From: Anolis carolinensis
Taxonomy: Eukaryota
Reading direction: 5' to 3'
Assembly: GCF_035594765.1 (NCBI RefSeq)
Contig: NC_085842.1
Coordinates: forward strand, 23,040,782-23,104,781
Length of the DNA stretch: 64,000 nucleotides
How positions within the stretch are numbered: position 1 is the first letter of the stretch; each line of letters begins with the position of its first letter. Positions 26,721 through 38,999 of the stretch are shown here, piece by piece. The position numbers and the translations under genes were made by a program. The notes beneath the pieces were generated by a model. It was not told where the DNA came from. It saw only the letters and a list, made by a program, of their open reading frames with translations, and did no database searches.

Positions 26721-28473
26721 GGTCTCCTGGAGTGCCTGAGCTTTGATTGATCCACTGAAAACATGCAAGGATGAAGGCAGGATCAGAAATGGTTTGATTC
26801 CGCAAAGGCCAAAGTGGATGCTGGGGGACACAGATTGATCCCACATCTGACATGCCTCTAAGTCACAAGCGTGGGTATTATATAGACATTGGATATGTGC
26901 TGTGACTGGTGCAAATAATGATCCACAATCTCATTGGTTCAAAAGTACATTTACGCTTTGTAATTGGTGCGTAGTGTAGAATAAACTGGCATTGGTGAAA
27001 CTTGAAGCTGTCGGCTGTCTGGTGTGTTCTCCCACTGTGAAAGCGGGAGGGTTTGAGAATGAAGTGCCGTTTGGGTCTTGGGACAATGAGTGTTGGTAGG
27101 TTTATTCCTGGGATATAGGTCCCACGGTGATCCCAGATTTGGGACAGTGGGTGTCCTGGTGTTCAGAGATTAGGACCAAAAGGTAGATTGCTGGGCTTAT
27201 GGTGTTTGCCAAGCATGGATCTTTGTAAGACAGGGAAGCCGGCCGATGGCTGCTCCCTCTTTGCTGTGAAGGTTCAAGTCAGGGGATGTGTAGTGCTTAT
27301 GCACTGGTGAATGAGGAACCACCTGGGGAAATGGCCCTGCTTGATTTTGGGGAATTTGGCAGCTGGGGTGCTTCCTTAGGTCATCCATCTGAGCCCTGGT
27401 GAGTGGAAGGAGGAAGGCAACAAGCTTTTTCCAGCCCAGGGGACATATTGCATGTTTCTGGGGAAATACTTGCTTATGTGAGACAGCAGCCAAATACAGA
27501 TTGAGCTTCCCAGAGCTGAAATTCCACAATCTGAAATACTAGGAAGTTGTCTATATGGGCAGCTGAGAGAGTGACACCTTTGCTTTGCAATGGAGCAGGT
27601 GGCCTTGCAAATGCTTTCAAATCACACACAAACCCAGTGCTAGGCAACATGGACATGGAGAAGCACGCATTGAGCGTCTCTCATCAGGAAATACAAAATA
27701 CTGCAAATTTCACAATTGCCCACAACAGTAAGTGAGATAGTAACACCTTTGATTTCAGAGGATTCAGGTTTCACCAACTTTGTTTCAGGCACTATATTAT
27801 TTAAAATATTGCATATAAAATTACCTTCAGGCTATGTGTTGCAAAGCTCTTGTTTTTCAGTCCCCCCAAAAAGAGACCTCTGTCTTCCATATCTAAGCTT
27901 CTGTGTGAGAGATTGAATGCAGAATGTAGTCTTTGAATCTTTTCCCTTTGTTTGACCTTAGAAGAAACAAGGATTTCTATTTTCTCAGTTAAATAGTCTA
28001 GACACCCATCTTTTCTATCTAGAAATGGACTTCCTTGTGGTTTAAGAAACCTTTTGAAACTTTTAAAGTAAACTCTGCACGTCATGTTTCTTTAAGCTCC
28101 AGAATCCTTTTCATCCATGCTATTGCCAGTTTACCAGCTGTTAGGAATTGTGAGAGCTGACCTTCAAAACACCTGGAGGAGCACAGTTTGAGAAACACTG
28201 CTGTGGGAAGAAGTGGTCTTTCAGGTAGGCTGGACCTAAGCTGCATAGGGATGCATAGGTTGCAACCAGCCCCTTGAATGCATTGTATCTGGAAATGCAC
28301 CAGTAGCCAAAGAAGCATCTTTAAGTAAGGGAGTTATATGCTTAGAGAATAACTTGAGCAGTGTCCAGGAAGGCAGAGAAAGGGGAAGGGTCTCATATCC
28401 AGTTTCCCAAAGCCTGAGGCATTTGAAGAGCTCGGGGGTTGCAGGGCCAAAGGTTGGGTAGTCATCAGCTGTT

Positions 28474-28505
28474 TTCCTGGAACAGAAAGGTTGAGGAACG
28501 AAAGT
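28474..28505 (+). promoter_or_regulatory. GAS plus ISRE-like element upstream of TRIM copy 2
   Basis: TTCCTGGAA (28474-28482) and GGAACGAAAGT (28495-28505). Confidence 0.5.
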
Positions 28506-28572
28506 AAGGCTGTTAGCTGTCTTTGCAGTACTTACTTACTTACTTACTTACTTAGGAGCAGCATCTGCAGCC

Positions 28573-30933
28573 ATGGCCTCTGGAGAACCAATGAAGAAGC
28601 TCTGTGAGCAACTGGCCTGTCGCATCTGCATGGAGTATTTCAAGAAGCCTGTGATCCTCTCCTGTGGGCACAATTTCTGCCAGTCCTGCCTAGACCGATG
28701 GTGGGAGAGGAGAGATGCCTATTGCCCACAATGCAGAGAGGAAGTGCAGGAAGGGGACATCAGGCCAAACAGGCAGCTGGCCAATGTTGTGGAGCTAGTC
28801 AAGGAACTGGAGAGCCAGAAGGCGGAAGAGAAGGGGAGAGTCTGCCAGTGGCACCAGGAGCCCCTGAAGCTCTTCTGCAAGGACCACAAAGCCCCCATCT
28901 CTGTGGTGTGCGACAGGTCGAAGGTGCACGAAAACCACAAAGTGATCCCTCTGGTCGAGGCCTCAAAGGAGTACAAGGTAGGAGGGGGTAAAATAGGGAC
29001 ACCTAACAAGGTGTTGTGGGTCATCTCCACCTCACAATATAGGTCTGTGGCTGGCAGTTCAATATTTCCCCAGACAGGGGGAATATTGTTGTCAGGGATC
29101 AAGGGTGCATCTACACTCTAGAATTAATGCTTTGAAAAACAACACAGGGGAGGGGAACCATTGTATCAAAGTAAGTAACAGGACTGTTGCAGGATTGTGA
29201 ACTATAGGTGGGTTTCACTGACAATACCTAGAGATGGGATAATCATGGAGAGGAGGCAAGGCGGCAGCTGGATAAACATGGCATCATGCAATAGGGATGC
29301 AATCGTTTGCCTGCCTCCTGTGATAGCATCCATCATGTGCATCTCCCAAATAATATTGATTAATACAGGAATAAAACCTGGGATTTCCATATTCTTTTGT
29401 TTTCCTCTGAAGGGCATTTTTACGAGTGAAGAAAATTGTGGAACAATTTTCAAAAGAATTAACAAAAGAAGAGAGGGCTGCCAATAGAGGTCAAGATTGT
29501 CCAAACCTCCCATAACATTCAGTAAATGTGGTTGATGGCATGATCTTTGAAACTATTCAAAACCCTGAACAACAAAAGTGACCAAAGACTTTGCCTTTTT
29601 CTTCATGATCAGATTTGGAATTTTCTGGAGACTCTGGAGAAGGAAGGAGAGAACATTCTGGCCCACAAAGCAGACGCAGCATGGGAAAGCCAAGATTTGC
29701 TTGTAAGTGGCATTGCTTCTGAGAAACGAGAGTGTATAGTTGAATGTGAGTCTGAATAAACTGAATTCCTTTTGTCAAAACTATCTCTCATTATAAGAGA
29801 CCCGATAACCTACAGAAAAATATTGATCCAAACCCATTCCAGTGGCAGGCGCTTGCAGGTCTTCTCAAAGCACTTTCACCACTGGATATTGACATTTTCT
29901 TTGTGAAGAGATGTAAGCCCCACCCAAAAAGAATGAATTCTCTCCAAAGACCCTCTTTCTGCCTCTCACTCCCATGTTTCTTTTCCTTTATTCTAGAAGA
30001 AGACCCAAAGACAGAAGGATAGGACTGTGGCTGCCTTCAGACACATGCACCAGTTTCTAGAAGAACAAGAGAGGAATCTGCTGGCAAAAATGGAAGAGTT
30101 GGAGAAGGAGATTTCAACCAAAGGGGAGGAACATCTGGCCAGACTCTCCAAAGAACTCTCCTCTCTCTCAAAACTCATCCTAGAGACGAAGCATCAGCAG
30201 CCGGCAAGTGAATTCCTCCAGGTAGGGCCCATATTGTCCCCATGGATGGCTGAGATAGTGGCCATCTCATGTTTCTATGAACACAAACTGTTGTATGACA
30301 TTACCTTTGTGCTATGTTTAGAAACAAATAACCATAAATGAACTTAAGACTGACTTGAGTTTCATTGATTGATTGATTGATTGACTGATTGATCAATAGA
30401 TAGATTACACAAACATATCAAAAATTATTTGCAGTCCGGCTATAGAATTTATTTTAATCAATAGTTTGCTGTGAGTTTTTCGGGCTGTATGGCCGTGTTC
30501 CAGAACCATTCACTCTTGATGTTCTGCCTTCATCTGTACCAATGGGCAAGATCAGGACTATAGGGAGGATGTTTGAACACTTCAAGACCAAGGTTTTGCC
30601 GAGTGTTGACAGCAGTGTCCAGGCATGCATTGTCATGGAACATCTTAATGCCCTTGGATAGCAGTCCTCTGCATTTTGCCTAAATTTTAGGCTTCAGCTC
30701 TCCAGTGTAGTGAGCATCCAAAGAAAGATACTATAAAATGTGCTTGGGAAACTCTTGGGAAACTGAACATCCAGGAAGTCCTGAAGCCTTAATCTGATCA
30801 ACTGTCCTGTTGTGATTTTGAGGAAACTCCTGAACCCAAGATTTATTTGGCTGAGACTATTGCCGCAGCCTCTCAGCCTCAAGAGAAATATAAATATTAC
30901 CGTAACCCTGTTACCCTAAGAAACACCTACACA

Positions 30934-30980
<47 letters not shown>

Positions 30981-33900
30981 ATATATATATATACACACAC
31001 ACATGCAATCATACATTTCTTTAATTAGCAATACAGACTCAGCTCTTTCTCTCTTTTCTTTTTTCTTCTTCACTGTTGCAAAATTTTGCATAATCAAACT
31101 GTTTCTACATCTCAGAATGTGGTGAAGTCTCCTCTGGAGGTTTTAAAATAGCAGCTGGATAGCCATCTGGTGGGAGTGTTTTGATTGGGCATTCTTGCCT
31201 TGCATCTGGTTGGACTGAAGAGATCCAGATTCCTATTATACTGAGGCTTGCATTTGACCAGTGTTTTGGTGGCTCTGCAAAAAGCTGCTTGCAAAATAGT
31301 GCCAGTGGTTACATAGATCTACTCGTCTCCTTCTTAGTTTGCGGAGGGAGGGATGCTTTGCGCCCATTATTTCTATTAGTTGGATGCCCTGTTTTTTCAG
31401 ATATATGAGAGTGGTCTCCATGCAAATGCCTCTGCTGAGTTCTTTCTTTCCTTCATTTACAGGATATCAGAAGCACCCTACAGGGGTAAGTTAATATCCT
31501 TTCGTCCACCCATTAAAGCTCTGATTTGCACATGAAATGCATGACTCTCAAAAGCAGTGGTGCATTGCAGGGGTCTGTGTTTGGCTTGTGTTCACAGGAA
31601 GTATGAGACCCCTTCAACTCTGCAATTTGATAACAAAAACAACAACAATAACTTTAATTTGTTATCCACCTCTTCTCATGACTTCAGGCAGGAGACAATC
31701 CAGCCAAAGCAGACCACTATGAATACATACCATAAAATATATACATTACAACACACTGCACTTCACTACACGACCGCTCCAGAAAAATGCAGGGAATAAA
31801 ATCAACCTCTGTACATGGCATTCATCGACCTTGCAAAGAGATTCGACACAGTGAATAGCTGAGCCCTCTGGACCATCCTTCAAAAAATCGGGTGCCCTGA
31901 CAAATTTGTGAGCATCCAGCGGCTCCTCCACGGTGACATGATGGCAACAGTCTTGGACAGCAGTGGCTCCCAAAATGACTCATTTAAGGTGGAATCAGGG
32001 GCCTCTGGTGGCGCAGTGTGTTAAAGCGTTGAGCTGTTGAACTTGCGGACCAAAAAGTCACAGGTTCAAATCTGGGGAGTGGAATGAGCACCCGCTGTTG
32101 GCCCCAGCTCCTGCCAACCTAGCAGTTCGAAAACATTGCAAATGTGAGTAGGTAGTGCTCTGGCGGGAAGGTAACGGTGCTCCATGCAGTCATGACCTTG
32201 GAGATGTCTACGGACAACGGCTTAGAAATGGAGATGAGCACCAACCCCCAGAGTCAGACATGACTGGACTTAATGTCAGGGGAAAGCTTTACCTTTACCT
32301 TTACAGGTGTCAAACAGAGATGTGTTATTGCCCCCACTTTTTTCCCATCTTCATCGCTGTAATACTTTGTTGATGGGAAGTTTCCCACTGGAGTGGAAAT
32401 CATCTATCCGACAGATGGCAAGCTATTTAACCTCAGCAGACAAAGCCAGACAAAGCCAAAACCAAGGTCACAACAACATATGTTATAGAACTCCAATATG
32501 CCAATGACAATGTAGCCTCTGCGCATCCAGAAGAAGACCTACAAGCCACTCTAAACGCCTTTGCAGGAACATATGACAAGCTCGGCCTCTCACTGAATGA
32601 GAAAACCAAAGTGCGCTTCCAGCCGGCACCAGCCAATCCCTCTGCAATGCCAGGAATACAACTTAATGGTGTAATATTAGAAAATGTTGACCATTTCCAC
32701 TACCTTGGCAGTCACCTCTCTACAAAAGTCAACATCGACGCTGAAATACAACACCGCCTGAGCTCTGCAAGTGCAGCATTTCTCCGAATGAAGCAGAGAG
32801 TGTTTGAGGATCGGGACATCCGTAGAGATACCAAGGTGTTTGTTTATAAAGTTATTGTCCTCCCAACCCTGCTGTACACCTGGGAAACATGGACTGTCTA
32901 CAGAAGTCACACTCAACTCCTGGCAAGATTTCATCAGCGTTGTCTCCAAAAAATCCTGTAAATCTCTTGGGAAGACAGGCGGACAAATGTCAGCATGCTT
33001 GAGGAAGCAAAGACCACCAGCATTGAAGCGATGCTCCTACGCCATCAACTCCACTGGACTTTCCACATTGTCCGAATGCCCGATCACCATCTCCCAAAGC
33101 AGTTACTATACTCCCATCTGAAGAACGGGAAACGTAATGTTGGTGGACAGAAAAAGAGATTTAAACATGGACTTAAGCCAATCTTAAAAACTGTGGCATA
33201 GACACCGAGAACTGGGAAGCCCTGGCCCTTGAGTATTATAGCTGGAGGTCAGCTGCAGAATTCGAAGAGGCACAAATGGAGGGCTTAAGGGAGAAACGTG
33301 CCAAGAGGAAGGCGCATCAATCCAACCCTGACCAGGGCTGGAAACTGATGTCTTCACTGTGGGAGAACATGTGGGTCAAGAATAGGGCTCCAAAACCACC
33401 TACGCATCCTCAGCCAGACGCTACACTTGGAGGACCATCATCCTCGAGCTATGAGAGATTAAAATACACAATGCAAAGAGTAAAATGCAGTACCAATAGA
33501 ATGTAATTTTAAAGTACAAAGTTCAACATTTTCTTGAACTGCTATGGCTCAGTGCTCTGGAATGTAGGCACCAGTACTCTTTGGCAGAGAAAGCCCTTTA
33601 AATGACTACATAGCATTGGCCATGCAGTGAGAGAAAAAAGGTCGAACATTGTTAAAGCCATCCACTGCATGACTATCACCCTCCTCCCACCAGACTCAAA
33701 TCAAGGAAAGGGCTTCATGAGAACCACCACTCCTCTTGATGTTCCTCCAGCAGCAGCAAGGGTGTCCCTCTGGGCAGCTAAACCTGGCAATTCTAACTGG
33801 ATGGCCCCCCATGAGGGTCTTTCTCCCGGGGCAAACCAAGAATGGGCAACTTGGAAGTCCCTGAACAGACTCAGAAGCGGAGTGGGCAGATCAAAAGACA

Positions 33901-36396
33901 ACCTGGCGAGGTGGCACTACCTGGAGGAATCCTCCACCTTGTGTGACTGTGGAGCTGAACAAACAACTCCGCATATGTATCCTTGCCCACAATGCCCTGC
34001 CTCATGTACGGAGGAGGAGTTGTTTAAAGCTACGGACAATGCGATTGCTGTTGCCCGCTTTTGGTTCAAAACTATTTAGCTGTTTGTGATTCCTTTATTT
34101 TATCACTTGTAAACTTATTTATTATGCAATGTTTTTGACACGAAATAAATAAATAAAAATTGGCCATGGCGGAGTCAAAGTGGTGTCAAACGGCATTTAT
34201 TCTGTTTGCACATCCTCTGATGTTGTTCTTTCTCCTCCAGGTATAAGAATAAGGAGAAATTTGAGACTTCTGTAGCCTTTCCTCCTGCCCTGAAGTGGAA
34301 GATCTGGGACTTCTGTGATATCGGTGTCTTCCTGGAGGGTATCATGGAGCAATTCAGGGGTGAGAGAGAATGTCTGCAAGGATTTTCAGTGAGATACAAC
34401 CTTGGTCTGAAAAGGGAAAAAATTCCTAAGCATTTGGAAAATTAGGGCCACAAAACAGCAAATTGGAATGGCTACTCGAAACAACTGTTTCATTTCAAAT
34501 GTGAAACAAAATTGTATTATTTGTCTTATTTAATTTTTAGTTATCCAGGGGGTGGCCACAAGGGTGCGCTATACAGAGAAGGAGAGTCCATTTTACAAGG
34601 GAAGACGATATACAGTAGAGTCTCACTTATCCAAGCCTCACTTATCCAAGTTTCTGGATTATCCAAGCGATTTTTGTAGTCAATATTTTCAATATATCGT
34701 GATATTTTGGTGCTAAATTTGTAAATACAGTAATTACAACATAACATTACTGCGTATCGAACTACTTTTTCTTTCAAAATTGTTGTATAACATGATGTTT
34801 TGGTGCTTAATTTGTAAAATCATAACCTTATTTGATGTTTAATAGGCTTTTCCTTAATCCCTCCTTATTATCCAAGATATTCGCTTATCCAAGCTTCTGC
34901 TGGCCCGTTTAGCTTGGATAAGTGAGACTCTACTGTAATAATATAATAATGGAACCTGGAGGACTTAAAGAATCTTACAGAGGCGTTCCCTGTAGGGATC
35001 TCTAGTCCCCCAGCATGACTCTATAGCCAATTTCTTAGAGAGTCTTACAATTGAGACACACTGGAGGGGACTTGGCGACTCCTAGAGAGAACGTTTTAAT
35101 CAATGAGACGTAACTCTCTGTGGGTGAAGTCACACTAGTTCTATTGGGTGCAGGAACTCAGCCCTCCTGTGTTGTTTCCTCCTGGGTTTCTGAGAGTCAC
35201 CCATGTTGTGTTAAGCCTCACTTTTTGCTTTCTCTCTCCAGCTTCTCTGGAATCTGGGCTTCAGCAGGAAAAAGGTAAACAAACAAACATTGAGGCTGAG
35301 AGAGTGGTGCATGGCTAGTCGGTCTGAGTAGATTTTTAAAGCTCTGAACAAATGGCATGTATCTGTATTCTGTATAGAATCCCCAAAAGAGTGTCAAAAT
35401 AACCTGAACACTGACTATTTATGGCTCTCTGCTTCAATCTTACTTTAGTGGCACATCCCTAGATAAAGAATCCGTCTCCTACCCCAATATGAAATATGCG
35501 GGACTTTAACATTCACATAAAACCGGATGATTGGATTGCCTTTAAATTCTTTCTGACATATGGCAAACCAAAACTATCCTATCACAGGGTTTTCTGGGGC
35601 TGAGAGTGTGTGATTGACACAAGTTTACCTAATGGGTTTCCATGACGGAGGGGGAATCGAACCCTGGTCTCCAGAGTCATCATCCCACCAACTCATGCTC
35701 AAGTGTTGCTTGTAAGAAGTAGAGTAGCACAATGTAGAATCGATCTAGATTTGCGGGAGCTAGGGAATATTTCTGTGTTGTTTTTTAGAATCAGATGGAA
35801 GCTGGTCTTTTATCAGTTTGCACTTTCATTCATTCATTCATTCTCTCTTCACCCCTCATTTGTTTCCACCACCAACAGCACATGTGACTCTGGATCCAGA
35901 CACAGCCCATCCTCGGCTCAGCCTCTCTGAAGATCTCAGACGTGTGATCAATGGGGAGAAAGAGCAAGACCTTCCTGACAATCCTGAGAGATTCAGTGGG
36001 TGTCCTTATGTGCTGGGTCAGCAGGGATTCACAGGAGGCAGGCATTTCTGGGAAGTCCTTGTGGAGAATGGGGAAGAATGGTCTGTGGGAGTTGCCACAA
36101 AGTCTGTTCAGAAAAACGGCAAGATCTGCTGTGACCCTGAGGCTGGGACCTGGGATGTGGGAAAGTGGGAAGGTGAATACATCTTCTCAGACAACAATGA
36201 GTCCCCATCTCTGATTCTGAGCGAGGAGCCCAAGAAGATCCGCGTGACACTGAACTATGAAGGAGGTCGGGTGGCCTTTTACGATGCAGACTCAGCAGCC
36301 GTGATCTTGGAATACCCTCCAGCTTCTTTCTCAGGAGAGACCCTCCTCCCGTTCTTTTCTGCGCGTAGAAAATCCCAACTGGAGATCTCCCCGTAA
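28573..36396 (+). CDS. TRIM copy 2: RING/B-box/CC/PRY-SPRY, probably translatable (~470 aa) through a cryptic acceptor
   Basis: Exons 28573-28977, 29607 (or 29613)-29702, 29997-30221, 31463-31485, 34241-34359, 35242-35274, 35879-36396. No stops. The exon-2 acceptor is CAT instead of CAG, but an in-frame CAG lies 6 nt downstream. Exon 3 has an in-frame 6-nt deletion. B-box Cys>Ser at 28900-28902. Confidence 0.8.
31772..33452 (+). mobile_element. RTE-clade LINE in intron 4 of copy 2 with a nested Sauria SINE (~31998-32303)
   Basis: EKCRE.NQPLYMAFIDLAK.FDTV and later RT motifs with frameshifts; absent from paralogous introns. Confidence 0.85.
33625..34158 (+). mobile_element. Vingi (Ingi-clade) LINE 3' fragment
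   Basis: W.TWKSLNRLRSGVGR...CDCG..QT..H...C C-terminus, (taaa)n tail, TSD attggccatg. Confidence 0.75.
34613..34935. mobile_element. Tc1/mariner-superfamily MITE
   Basis: TIR CAGTAGAGTCTCACTTATCCAAG, TA TSD. Confidence 0.88.
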
Positions 36397-37803
36397 GGAT
36401 GGAGAGCAATGCCCAAAGACTCACACCATCCGAGACACAAGAGGAGCTTTATCTCCAGAGATCTGGAACTGTTGATTCTTGTTGCTCTTTTTCTGGAACC
36501 TCTCTGCTCTCTCTATACATATTTGTGAAAACCTGGCTGGAGTCTGGTGTGTGAATGAGGAAGGCATTCCTCATGGCAATGCTCAACTCATAGATCGGCC
36601 GGGGACTACTTCCTCCCATTTGGAAAGCCCAGTTACAGCAGGAACAATGATGAGGGAATAAAAGACCTCAATCAGTTTTTAGTCAAGAATTCCGTTTATT
36701 GGAATTCAGTTATAAGTCTGTTTGCCCCTCCTTTTCCTGGCTTTTCCCAGGGAAGAAAGGGGGTTAAAGAAAGTTAAAGTTAAACAAAGGGAGTGATAAA
36801 GCGCGGCCTTGCTTCATCCCCTTGCCAATGGGAAACAATTCTTTTTCTGTCGCTGGTCTTCATGGTGGGCCCTTGTCCTGAGTAGAAGTTACACATCAGG
36901 AAAATCGAATGTCATGGTGCACCTATTTCTTTATGTACAGCGCATCGTTTTTCATGATCTGAATAATCAAAGACTTGCTGTAAATGATAAAGCACAGATT
37001 GATTTTTCTCTGAAATACGTACTTTTCTGCATTCCATTATCCAACATATGTTTCAATATGATCCCTTGTGCCTTTTTGTTTTCTGAAAGCAGCTTGGACA
37101 TCTGGCCATTTCACTCTGTATATAGTAAAATAGTTGTTTTGGTCATGTTTGAGTATCACTTGTTTCATGCCTGGAAGGTCAGTGCAGTTGTTCTGCTTGT
37201 CTGAAATCTCGGGTCTCCTGGAGTGCCTGAGCTTTGATTGCTCCACTGAAAACACTCACTCAAGGATGAAGGCAGGATCATAAATGGTTTTATTCTGCAA
37301 AGGCCAAAGTGGATGCTGGGGGACAGAGCAAAATCCCACATCTGACGTGCCTCCCAGTCACAAGCGTGGGTATTATATAGACATTGGATATGTGCTGTGA
37401 CTGGTGCAAATAACGATCCACCATCTCATTGGTTCAAAAGAACGTTCATTTACGGTTTGTAATAGGTGCATAGTGTAGAATATAAATACTGTAAATAAAT
37501 AATAGAATAAACTGGCATTGGTGAAACTTGAAGCTGTCGGGTGTCTGGTGTGTTCTCCTACTGTGAAAGCGGGAGGTTTGAGAATGAAGTGCCGTTTGGG
37601 TCTTGGGACAATGAGTGTTGGTAGGTTTATTCCTGGGATATAGGTCCCACGGTGATCCCAGATTTGGGACAGTGGGTGTCCTGGTGTTCAGGACATTAGG
37701 AGAAAAAGGTAGGTTGCTGGGCTTATGGTGTTTGCCAAGCATGGATCTTTGTAAGACAGGTTGCAGCACCAAAGGTTGGGCAGAGGCGGAGTCATCAGCT
37801 GCT

Positions 37804-37840
37804 TTCCTGGAAGAGAAGAGAAAGCCTGAGAAACGAAAGT
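37804..37840 (+). promoter_or_regulatory. GAS plus ISRE upstream of TRIM copy 3
   Basis: TTCCTGGAA (37804-37812) and GAAACGAAAGT (37830-37840), 50 nt before the ATG. Confidence 0.6.
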
Positions 37841-38552
37841 GAGGCTGTTAACTTTGTCTGGTCTTTGCAGTGGAGCAGCATCAGCAGCCATGGCCTCTGG
37901 AGACTCTGTGAAGAAGCTCTGTAAGGAACTGGCTTGTCCCATCTGCTTGGAGTATTTCAAGAAGCCTGTGATGATCATCTCCTGTGGGCACAACTTCTGC
38001 CAATCCTGCCTGGATCAATGCTGGGAGGGGAAAGAGGCCTCCTGCCCACAGTGCAGGGAGAAAGTGCAGGAAGGGGACATCAGGCCAAATAGACAGCTGG
38101 CAAACCTGGTGGAGGTAGCCAAGGAACTGGAGAGCCAGAAGGCGGAAGAGAAGGGGAGATTCTGCCAGTGGCACCAGGAGCCCCTCAAGCTCTTCTGCAA
38201 GCACCACAAAGCCCCCATCTGTGTGGTGTGCGACAGGTCGAAGGAGCACAAAAACCACAAAGTGATTCCTCTGGACGAGGCCTCAAAGGAGTACAAGGTA
38301 GGAGGAGGGGGTAAAATAGGGACCCCTAACAAGGTGTTGTGGTGCATCCCCACCCCACAATGCAGGTCTGTGGCTGGCAGTTCAATATTTCCCCAGGTCC
38401 TGAGGTTTTCAGGGATAAAGAGTTAAATTATTTTTTTAGAATTAATTCAGTTGGATTCCACTTTAGCTGCCATGGCTCAGTGCTACAAACCATGATAGTT
38501 GCAATTGTACAAGGTCTTTTACATTTTTGCCAAAATGTTACAATGCCTTAAA

Positions 38553-38878
38553 GATAAAGGTTTCCTCCTGACATCAAGTCCAGTCGTGTCCGACTCTGGG
38601 GTTTGTTGCTCATCTCCATTCCTAAGCCAAAGAGCCAGCGTTGTCAGTAGACACCCTCTAGGCTATGTGGCCATCATGACTGCTTGGAGCACTGTTACCT
38701 TCCCGCCGGAGCAGTATCTATTGATCTACTCACATTTACATGTTTTCAAACTGCTAAGTTGGCAGAAGCTGGGGCTAACAGTGGGAGCTCACCCTGCTCC
38801 CCAGATACGAACTGCCAACGTTTCAGACAGTAAGTTCAGCAGCTCAGCGTTTTAACTCACTTTGCCACTGGGGGCTCC
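38553..38878 (-). mobile_element. Sauria SINE in intron 1 of copy 3
   Basis: Reverse-complement match to 5868-6185. Confidence 0.8.
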
Positions 38879-38999
38879 TTACCTTACCACAAATCCAAAA
38901 TCCCTTAGCATTGAGTCCTAGCAGTTAAAATAGTGTTAAAGTGTGTTAATTCTACAGTGTAGCTGCACTGTGAGAATTGAGCAACCGAATAAAAAAGTA

